From: an uncultured delta proteobacterium
GTDB taxonomy: Bacteria > Desulfobacterota > Zymogenia > Zymogenales > Zymogenaceae
Assembly (NCBI GenBank): GCA_963735595.1
Contig: CAVTLK010000002.1
Location: 448,001 to 512,000 of the forward strand
Direction: 5' to 3'
Length of the DNA stretch: 64,000 nt
A model generated the notes under the pieces. It saw only the letters and a list, made by a program, of their open reading frames with translations, made no database searches and was not told the DNA's origin. Positions 1-8,022 of the stretch are shown here, piece by piece (the first letter of the stretch is position 1; each line of letters opens with the position of its first letter). The position numbers and the translations under genes were made by a program.

Positions 1-253
1 ACGACCAGCCGGAGGCGATGGGGGAGGGATGCCGGATGAACTGTGCCCAGTTGGTCAGGATGAACAGGAGCTTTGCCCCGACCAGGGCCGACGGCAGCAT
101 CCAGAGGATGATATCGACACCCGTCCACGCCGAAAGGCCGTCGCGACGGGCCAGGACGAGGAAGAGGACCACGCCGGCAAGGTAACCCGCCGTTATGAAA
201 AAGCCGTACGACCAGACGATGTGGCCGTCGATGGTAAAGAGGATGGGATGCAT
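1..253 (-). CDS. lgt: Prolipoprotein diacylglyceryl transferase-like protein, N-terminal part (runs off the window)
   Basis: Manual translation from ATG 253: MHPILFTIDGHIVWSYGFFITAGYLAGVVLFLVLARRDGLSAWTGVDIILWMLPSALVGAKLLFILTNW. The MHPILF...YG...GA[RK]L pattern and hydrophobic helices match the Lgt N-terminus. Absent from the ORF track because there is no stop in the window. Confidence 0.72.
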   Translation of the reverse strand, partial: MHPILFTIDGHIVWSYGFFITAGYLAGVVLFLVLARRDGLSAWTGVDIILWMLPSALVGAKLLFILTNWAQFIRHPSPIASGWS

Positions 254-436
254 AACTAATAGCTGCTACCTGATATCGTACGGGATGACACTGGCAGGCA
301 AGAATCGCTATTGACTCGTGCAATTTCGAGGGTGGCACTGAGAAGCGAAGCTTGTCAGTGATCCGAACTATTCCCAACAGCGGGAACGAACCTTCCGGTT
401 GTACGAGGCACGCGATGGTACGGAGGATCGGGTGCA

Positions 437-2526
437 TTATGGCTTCTTGCCGGTTACCCGCGTTTTGCCCCCGGCGTGATTTGCACTGAGTGCCGACTTT
501 ACGGCCTTTGCGATCGATTCTACGTCGATACGGTCCATGCAGTGGTTGGGTCCCATGGGGCAGGGCGTTCCGTAGATGCCGCTCCTTGTTTCCGTCAGGC
601 ATCCGTCCGGGTTCTGGCAGATCCGGTGGCCGACGAGGGTTGTCTGGCCCGGCCAGCCGTAGGTGGCGGGGTCTGTCGCCCCCCAGAGGGTTACGGCGGG
701 CGTGCCGACCAGCCGGGCGATGTGGACAAAGAGGTTATCGGTCGTGACGATCAGGTCGAACCGGGCCGCCAGCCCGATTGCCTCCCTGACGGTGGTGACG
801 CCCAGGAGGCTGTAGGCCCCGCGGATATACCGGTCGCGCGCGGCGCCCGCCTGGGCGACGAAGATTCCCTCGGCGGAGAGGCGTTTGACCAGCTCTTCCC
901 ACTGGGCGATGACATGTCTTTGCGGGGCGAGAGCGACCAGGGGCAGATCAGGACGTTTTTATCGGAAAGGGGGATGCTGTTGATGAGCAGCTCGTCGATC
1001 GACCGGCTCAAACGGCACGAAGAGGCGTTCGGCGGCCGGCATCGGGACGCCGAGCATCTCGGCAAGAATCTTGAAGGGGCGGCCGTTCGGTCCGCCGAAG
1101 TCCGGGGTGATCCCAGTAGGCGGTCCCGACGACGGCCGATCCGGGCGGCGGGTTGCCGATCCGTTCGACGGCGGGGTGGCCCTTGAGGATCTCGCCGTAG
1201 GTGGTTCGGGTGACCAGAGAGAAACGCCGCCGCGGGTCCTGATCGACGGCGGCCTTCAGGACGCCCGAAAGGATGATCGTGTCACCGTAGCCGCCGAAGG
1301 GGCTGATCCAGAGGGGACGGTTCTTGGGCGGCGCCCTGAACGGGACGACCGTCGCTGGCCGGCGGGACGGGAGGCTCGGGGACGCTTCGGTCCGTGCGGT
1401 CCGGGGACGCCGCCGGGCCGTCCGGCTCGAAGCGGACGCCGGTGATCGGCTCGAAGTACTTCTCGATGAACCCCTTCTTGTAGGCGCACAGGGGCGATTT
1501 TCTCATCCAGTCGCCGGTCTCGGCGTAGCTGTCCAGCGGGCAGCCGCCGTGGCAGACAGTCCAGAGGCGGCACCCCTTGCACTCACCCTGTTCGAGGTGC
1601 AGCTGGCGGGCGCGATACATCTCCTTTTGGGGGTCTTTGAGGACGCGTGTCTATCGAATTTTCGTGGATGTGGCCGTAGTCCAGCAGGCCCCAGTCCGAC
1701 GAGCGGCCGCACTGAGAATACCGGCCGGCGGGTCCCACGGACATGTGGGTATCGGCGCACATCCCCGACTCGGCGCATTCCAGGCCGCCCTTTCTCTCGA
1801 TGATCGCCTCCACAAACGACATGAAGGGACGAATCCTCGGGAAGCGATCCCGGCGCTCCCACCAGACCGGAAAAATCGCCCCGAGGAACTCCACGAATTC
1901 TTCCGGGGTTATCGCAAGCTTGGCGACCTTGCGCTTGAAGGAGTAGATCGAGTTGAACTTGACGGAGCCGGTTTTGTTGAGGTTGGTCAGAAAGTAGAAG
2001 AGGTCAAGGGGGGCGTCCAGAGAGAGCTTCGTGACGACGTAGATCATCCCCCAATTGATGTCGTTTTCCTCCAGAAGGCCCAGCGCGTCCATGAAACGCC
2101 GGTTATAGGCCGCCGAGTCGATAGTGCTGCCCAGACCCCGGACGTCGGGGATCGGGTCGTAGCTCGTGCTGACGCCGTTGATGCCGAGCGTCCGAAAGAC
2201 CTCGATATATTCCGGCGACAGCAGGGTAATGTTGGTCTGGATATCGTGGGAGATGCGGTCCTTTCGTGCCGGGGCAGTGCCGTTGTTCGAATTCATGGGC
2301 CTTCAGGAAATAGTCGGGCCCCAGCAGCAGCGGCTCGCCGCCGTGCCAGATGATCTGGAACCGCTCGTCCGGGCGATCGGCGAGGTATTCATTGACCCGA
2401 ACAAAGAACCGCTCCAGGGTCTCCAGCGGCAGCCGTGACGCCCTTTTCGCGGTCTTTCCTGACCACGTCGCAGTAGGCGCAGTTGCCGTTGCACGCCTCG
2501 GTCGGTTTAAATATGACGGTGGTCAT
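437..2526 (-). CDS. Radical SAM/SPASM maturase (anSME-like) apparently fused to a C-terminal GT9 glycosyltransferase domain; several frameshifts
   Basis: ATG 2526 with SD AAGGAG. Motifs: MTTVIFKPTEACNGNCAYC (CxxxCxxC), IIWHGGEPLL, IQTN, SPASM CAESGMC..SQCGR..CKGCRLWTVCHGGCP. Then GT9 motifs PFGGYGDTIILSGVLKA and DLIVTTDNLFVHIARLVGTPAVTLWGATDP, and a Cys-rich end PCPMGPNHCM. Stop TAA at 437. Confidence 0.75.
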
Positions 2527-3390
2527 GTCGCTCCTTTCTCGGTTCATCGCGCCGTTTGTCGAGGTCATCCAGGAGCGCGATCATCTCGACGGAGAAGGCC
2601 GCGCATCCCGTCCTGTCCGTCCCGTTTCGATCGAATTTCCCCAGGCAGACCTTCCATCCCGGGCAGCGCGAGCAGGGGTGATATGCGAGAAACAGGCGCC
2701 GGCGCACGTCGATCCGCTCCCGGTACGTCTCGGAATCGATAACTGTCGTCCAGCCGCTCGATATCGTTCTCGATGAAGCTTTCGTCGAGAAGTTCCCGGC
2801 GCGAGAGGGCGATGCGGCCGTCCGGGTCCAGGTGGAGGAAGTCCTTGGGGTCGTCGAAGAAGACCGGGCCCCACTCGATCCATCCGTCTGACTGGTAACG
2901 CCCCGCAATGGTCGAAAAGGGCTCGATCGGGCCGTGGGGTACGGCTGTCGACCAGGGAATAAGTCATGAGGTCGGCCAAGCCTTCCCAATCGACGGGTCC
3001 CGCGATCCCCGAAGACCGCCGCACATCGGATGTTGACCGACGAAAGAATCCTGAGGGCGGTGAGATTCCCGGGATCGTCGGCCGAAAGGTAAATCATGGG
3101 GTTCAGATCCCGAACCGTTCGCAGCCGCCGGGACGAGGCCGCGGAACTGCGCCATCTTCGGGGCAAAGACGGCAAGCTTGATGCCCGGCCCAGGCGTCGT
3201 CGAAGGGGACTTCGTCCAGGGGGATGCGAGAATCCAGGATGACCATCGAAAGCCGGTTGGCCGATGACCTCACGCACTCGGCGGCCCTGACGACGTCTGA
3301 CGGCTCATCGACCCGTACCGCCAGGACACGCTCGGATAAGTCGGCGATCAGCGTCTCGCTAAACGGCAATACAAGGTTTGGAAAGCCCAC
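2507..3390 (-). CDS. Hypothetical rSAM-associated protein with a C-terminal SPASM-like Cys cluster; frameshifted
   Basis: Joined from ORFs 3103..3390, 2964..3155, 2581..3024 and 2507..3277. Ends HPCSRCPGWKVCLGKF...GCAAF. Overlaps both neighbouring rSAM genes. No CxxxCxxC seen. Confidence 0.6.
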
Positions 3391-4393
3391 GTTCTATCTC
3401 CTGGAGCCGAACCGGCGCCTCGCCGACAAAGCGGTTCATGACCTGGCAGGCCCCGCCGCCCGCACACCGGCCCTCTTCCCGATGGATACAACCGTCACAC
3501 TCTTCGTAAATCCCGGCGGTCTCGGAGCGGACGCGGTCGAAGAGCCCCTGGTAGAAGTCGTGTACTTCCTTCATCGAGTTGAACTCGAAGAGGGAGCCGC
3601 TTGTGAAATCCCGAGAGCGGAAAGCATGCATAGACGTTCAGATCGGGGGTTAGGTCGATGGCCGGCCCGCAGCCGAATTTGAATTTCGCCGACTGGCGCA
3701 TAAGCCAGCCGAGCTGTTCGTCGGTAAACCCGCAGAGCGGGAAACCGCAGTCCAGACCCCGGCTTGATATCGAACCGATCCAGCGCCGGCCGAAATGAAT
3801 AGAGGCGGTCGATAACCGTCCGCACGTCGTCGGGTTTAATGATAGACGCTCTCAACTCCCGGCATCGGCGAGGCCAGGCCCAGCCGGATATGCCGGTGCA
3901 TGCCGTATCGCGCAATCAGGTCAAAGAGGAACCCGATGTCAAAATCGGTTCGATAGATGTTGAAGCCCGGCGTGCACCACGGCCCCATGAGGGAAAGGAA
4001 CTTCGCGATGCGCGTGCCCTCCTGCTTGGGGGCCGGGGTCTGATCGGGATTATTGAGGTTTACGACGAAGCTCAGCCGCGCGGGCGGCACCGCCGACAGG
4101 TGATCGGCCAGCTCCCTGAGACGCGCATCGGCCATAATGCCGCTGGTAAACACCGTTACGTGGAACTTGCGCTCGATAAGGAAGAGCACCATATCGACGA
4201 ACTCCGGGTGGAGGGTCGGCTCGCCGCCGAGCAGCGAAAGGCGATCCTGATCGGACGCGGCCAGAAAATCGGCAAGGTAGATCAGGTTTTCCCAGTTGAC
4301 AATGTCGCCCGAGGGGGACCCCTCCATCTCCCGCTTGGCAAAGCAGTAGGGGCAGGAACGGACGCAGCGGGATGTCATCAGGAGGTTGGTCAC
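3359..4393 (-). CDS. Radical SAM protein with SPASM/twitch-like C-terminus; frameshifted
   Basis: TSRCVRSCPYCF, LLGGEPTLHP and VFTSG. Downstream frames give CGPAIDLTPDLNVYACFPL and ECDGCIHREEGRCAGGGAC. Confidence 0.8.
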
Positions 4394-4520
4394 GATTGCT
4401 CCTCGAACGGTAATAATGAGGAGAGGCGGTTATCGCATCGTACGGCGGACGTGGGCCCGAGTCTAACGGTCAAATCGCTCCACCGGAAAGGAGGGGTGAT
4501 ATACAAACAGCACTTCTTTT

Positions 4521-4883
4521 TTAGTTGTGCCAAATTATATTGCCGTAATTTTCGGAGTAATCGTAATAGTTCTGGTAATCGGAGTAGTTGTAATAATCGG
4601 AGTAGTTGTAATAATCAGAATAATTATAGTAGTATGCTGAATATTCGGTGTACATGTTTGAATAGTTGTAGTACGAATAGTTGTAATAGGAGTTACTGTA
4701 GCCGTTCACATACCCGCCGGTACACTCGTCCTGCCCCTGGGTAACGACTCCGGCGACGCCAAGGGTGCCGACCAGGGCGATCCCCTTGGCCATGCGCTTC
4801 ATCGCCTCCCGCCGGGTAAGCGTTTCCTTGTTTGTGGTGTCGATCTCTTGAGTTTTCTTCTTTGTCTTCTTTTCGTCGTTCAT
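4521..4883 (-). CDS. Tyr-rich repetitive RiPP-like precursor peptide A1 with twin-arginine leader
   Basis: SD AAGGAG. Leader LTRREAMKRMAKGIALVGTLGVAGVVTQGQDECTGG, then a 63-aa core with 25 Tyr and (YYNYSD)x3. Lies directly upstream of the rSAM genes. Confidence 0.8.
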   Translation of the reverse strand: MNDEKKTKKKTQEIDTTNKETLTRREAMKRMAKGIALVGTLGVAGVVTQGQDECTGGYVNGYSNSYYNYSYYNYSNMYTEYSAYYYNYSDYYNYSDYYNYSDYQNYYDYSENYGNIIWHN

Positions 4884-5041
4884 CGTCTTCTCCTTGCAGA
4901 GCCGTCTTATCGTAAAGAGGAAGGCATGACAGGTCGAGGGTGGTGAATACTCAACGTGTCGCTCCGCCGGGACTTATATTACATGTAAGCTTCTTATCTT
5001 CCTGACTCCTGCAAGCCCGTCTTGCATACCGTTACTGTCAT

Positions 5042-5070
5042 AGTTTATTACCAGTCATGATGTGAGTCAA
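5042..5070 (-). promoter_or_regulatory. Putative sigma70 promoter for precursor A1 and the rSAM operon
   Basis: TTGACT-N17-TAAACT on the minus strand. Confidence 0.45.
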
Positions 5071-5123
5071 GCAAATTGGTAAGTATCTTTAGTATAATAG
5101 TCGGAATTAAGGCCTGTCCCAGC

Positions 5124-5156
5124 AAAAAATATAAAGGGGCCCGTTCAGGCCCCTTT
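5124..5156 (-). terminator. Intrinsic terminator after precursor A2
   Basis: AAAGGGGCC-TGAACG-GGCCCCTTT hairpin followed by ATATTTTTT on the minus strand. Confidence 0.75.
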
Positions 5157-5177
5157 GGCTTGTCTATGTAACCCCGG

Positions 5178-5540
5178 TTACCAGGGGTGATAGTTGAAGT
5201 ACCCGCCGCCATGATTGTAATAATTGTAGTAGTCGCTGTAGTTGTAGTAGTCGCTGTACGTGTTGTAGTAATTATAGTACCCGTTGCTATAATTATAGTA
5301 CGCGTTCGAATAATCATAGTAGCCGGCATTGGAGTAGTTGTAGTAGCCCGGAGGGACCAGATTCACGTACCCGCCGGAGCATTCGTCCTGCCCCTGGGTA
5401 ACGACCCCGGCGACGCCGAGCGTGCCGACCAGGGCGATCCCCTTGGCCATGCGCTTCATCGCCTCGCGCCGGGAGAGTCTTTCGTCTTTCCTGACCTGGG
5501 CGGCCCCCGTTTCGTCTTTTTTCTTCTTCTTATCTTCCAT
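5178..5540 (-). CDS. Tyr-rich repetitive RiPP-like precursor peptide A2 with twin-arginine leader
   Basis: Likely start ATG 5540 (GGAGAAGACAATG, same context as A1), giving 120 aa. Same leader as A1; 63-aa core with 24 Tyr in YYN/YSN/YSD units. Confidence 0.8.
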   Translation of the reverse strand: MEDKKKKKDETGAAQVRKDERLSRREAMKRMAKGIALVGTLGVAGVVTQGQDECSGGYVNLVPPGYYNYSNAGYYDYSNAYYNYSNGYYNYYNTYSDYYNYSDYYNYYNHGGGYFNYHPW

Positions 5541-5678
5541 TGTCTTCTCCATTGATTCGGTTACCTACGAAATGTAGAGACGGCAATGTGAGAACCAGGG
5601 ATGCCGAAGTCTTACCGGGCAAGAATAATCGTTGCTGCCGTTGCTGCTTATCGACTTTACATGCTATCTCACGATATT

Positions 5679-5708
5679 ATTTTAACTATAAGTGAACTAT
5701 TCTGTCAA
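5679..5708 (-). promoter_or_regulatory. Putative sigma70 promoter for precursor A2
   Basis: TTGACA-N18-TAAAAT on the minus strand. Confidence 0.5.
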
Positions 5709-5847
5709 GGATTATCGGCAAAGGGATGCGTATTTTTAGGTCCTATAAAACGACGGTAGGCCCGGCTGGCGGGGTAGCGGGTGCGGCGGTCGATTGCGAT
5801 CCGACGGTGAACGGCTCTTTTTTGGCGCCGACGACTGCCGAATCTGC

Positions 5848-5876
5848 TTGACAGCGGAGGGCGTTTCGTGTTTAAT
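5848..5876 (+). promoter_or_regulatory. Putative sigma70 promoter for the lysine fermentation operon
   Basis: TTGACA-N17-TTTAAT, about 75 bp upstream of kdd. Confidence 0.55.
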
Positions 5877-5951
5877 TACTACTGGCGTAGTAATAAGGAT
5901 AGTACGGGCTGTTCGTTATTCGTATAAAAGGATTTATGAGGAGCAGGCGTA

Positions 5952-6989
5952 ATGAAAAAGGGAGATAAATACGGCGCCCACCGGGTGATTGAGCCCAAGG
6001 GGGTGCTTCCCCAGGCGGCCGATAAAATCGATAACACCATGGAGATCTACGATAACGAGATCCTCGTTTCGGTCAAGACACTCAACGTTGATTCGGCCTC
6101 GTTCACGCAGATCGAAGAAGAGGCCGGTCACGATACGGGCAAGATCGGCCGGATCATCATGGACACCGTAACCCGCAGGGGCAAGCAGCACAACCCGGTC
6201 ACCGGGTCCGGGGGGATGTTCATGGGGACGATCGAACAGGTCGGCCCGGCGCTCAAAGGCACGGTTTCCATTAAGCCGGGGGATTTTATCGCGTCGCTGG
6301 TTTCCCTCTCGACGACACCGCTGGTTATCGAAAAGATCGTCGAGATCAGGCCGGACCGGGACCAGGTGGATATCATCGGCAAGGCGATCCTCTTTGAGAG
6401 CGGGATCTACGTCAAACTCCCCGAAGACATGCCGCAGTCGGTTTCGCTGGCGGTGCTTGATGTTGCCGGGGCCGCCGCCCAGACGGCGAAACTCGTCAAA
6501 CCGGGGGATACCGTATTCATCATCGGCGCCGGGGGTAAATCGGGGATGCTGTGCGCCTACGAGGCCCAGCGGCGGGCGGGCGTCACCGGCATGGTTATCG
6601 GCACCGGACACTCCGCCGAGAGCACCAGGCGGATCAGAGAACTCGGCTTTTGCGATCACGTTATCCAGGTGAACGCCACCAATCCACTGGAGGTGGAGCG
6701 CGAAGTAAGCGAACTAACCGGCGGACGGATGGCAGATGTCACCATCAATTGTGTCAATATCCCCAACACGGAGATGGGCTCCATCGTCGCCACGAAAAAC
6801 GACGGGCTTATCTATTTCTTCTCGATGGCGACGAGCTTTACCAAGGCCGCCCTGGGCGCGGAGGGTATCGGCTCGGACGCTACCATGATTATCGGCAACG
6901 GCTATACCAAGGGCCATGCCGAGATCTCTCTCAATATCCTGAGGGAATGCTCGGCGCTGAGAGAGATATTTATGAAGCTCTATGCGTGA
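5952..6989 (+). CDS. kdd: L-erythro-3,5-diaminohexanoate dehydrogenase
   Basis: MKKGDKYGAHRVIEPKGVLPQAA, LNVDSASFTQ, GKQHNPVTGSGGM, GAGGKSG; lies in kam gene context. Confidence 0.92.
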   Translation: MKKGDKYGAHRVIEPKGVLPQAADKIDNTMEIYDNEILVSVKTLNVDSASFTQIEEEAGHDTGKIGRIIMDTVTRRGKQHNPVTGSGGMFMGTIEQVGPALKGTVSIKPGDFIASLVSLSTTPLVIEKIVEIRPDRDQVDIIGKAILFESGIYVKLPEDMPQSVSLAVLDVAGAAAQTAKLVKPGDTVFIIGAGGKSGMLCAYEAQRRAGVTGMVIGTGHSAESTRRIRELGFCDHVIQVNATNPLEVEREVSELTGGRMADVTINCVNIPNTEMGSIVATKNDGLIYFFSMATSFTKAALGAEGIGSDATMIIGNGYTKGHAEISLNILRECSALREIFMKLYA

Positions 6990-8022
6990 GACGCTGCTCG
7001 ACCTGGTCGAGAAATCGGGGGCGCGGATAATCTCGGTCGTGGGTCTGGCAAAGAACACGGGCAAGACCACGACGCTTATCTACCTCGCCGGGCGCCTCGG
7101 CGCTGAGCCCGGGGTGCTGGCCCTGACCTCCACTGGGCGTGACGGCGAGGCAATCGACGAGATCACTCGTAGAGAAAAGCCGTCCGTCACCGTACAGGAG
7201 GGGACCCTGGCGACCGTCGGCCAGCGGTCACTGGACCAGGGGCCGGGCGTATCGGTGGTGCGCGATACGCCTTACGCAACCGCCACCGGCGGGATCGTGA
7301 TCGTTCGGGCCGAGAAAACCGCCCGGGTTGTCCTCGAAGGACCGGCGACGGCCACCGAGATGGGGCGGCTGGTGACCGACCTCATCGAGAAGGACGGCGC
7401 CCGATACGTTATCATAGACGGGTCGCTGGACCGGATCGCCGCCGCGGCCCCCGGCGTCTCTGACGGGGTGATCCTTGCGGTGGGGGCGATCCTGGGGCCC
7501 GATATGGAAACGGCGGTGCGAAAGACCCGGCACGCGGTGGACCTCTTTGTGACCGGGGAAGCGCCCGTGGCCGTACCCGGTGATATCGGCGTCTCCCGGC
7601 TCTGCGCGGTAAGCGCCGACGGGGCGGATTGGGCGATACGCGAGGGATCGGTAATCACCGACCTTTCCCCGGTCATGGGGATGCTGGAAAAGGGCGCCCG
7701 GTATCTCTATGTCTCTGGAGCGCTTACCGACGAGGTGCTGGAGGCGTTTACGGAGCGCGGCCTTTTCCCGGTCGTGATCGCGCAGGACGCAACACGGCTG
7801 TTTGCGTCGGGCCGGTCACTGGCCCGCTACACCGCGGGCGGCGGCGCCGTGAGGGTTAAACGGCGCATCAGGCTCATCGCGCTGACGGTCAATCCCCATA
7901 ACCCGGAGGGGATCGATTTTGACCCCGACGATTTCCTGGCGGCGATGAGAGCGGCGATACCGGACGTGCCGGTTTTTGATATTGTGCGGGAGGAAGCGCG
8001 TGGAATCCAAACTCGGCCTTGA
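6982..8022 (+). CDS. kamB: Lysine 5,6-aminomutase reactivase-type subunit
   Basis: P-loop-like SVVGLAKNTGKTTT, TSTGRDGE and IDGSLDR; located between kdd and kamD. Confidence 0.7.
   Translation: MRETLLDLVEKSGARIISVVGLAKNTGKTTTLIYLAGRLGAEPGVLALTSTGRDGEAIDEITRREKPSVTVQEGTLATVGQRSLDQGPGVSVVRDTPYATATGGIVIVRAEKTARVVLEGPATATEMGRLVTDLIEKDGARYVIIDGSLDRIAAAAPGVSDGVILAVGAILGPDMETAVRKTRHAVDLFVTGEAPVAVPGDIGVSRLCAVSADGADWAIREGSVITDLSPVMGMLEKGARYLYVSGALTDEVLEAFTERGLFPVVIAQDATRLFASGRSLARYTAGGGAVRVKRRIRLIALTVNPHNPEGIDFDPDDFLAAMRAAIPDVPVFDIVREEARGIQTRP

Larger units (their letters stand above)
4704..5477 (-). repeat. Near-identical ~117-bp direct repeat (4704-4820 and 5361-5477) encoding the shared precursor leader
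   Basis: Both copies encode L[TS]RREAMKRMAKGIALVGTLGVAGVVTQGQDEC[TS]GGYVN. Confidence 0.85.

Noticed and set aside
476..1186. 236-aa plus-strand ORF
   Set aside because: Antisense shadow of the GT9 domain; no recognisable motifs.
4560..4700. 18-bp tandem repeats as a CRISPR array
   Set aside because: No unique spacers and no cas genes; the repeats are in-frame coding repeats (YYNYSD).
5048..5555. Thr/Ile-rich ORF 5048..5329 and Val/Ile-rich ORF 5187..5555
   Set aside because: Alternate-frame and antisense shadows of the Tyr-rich precursor.
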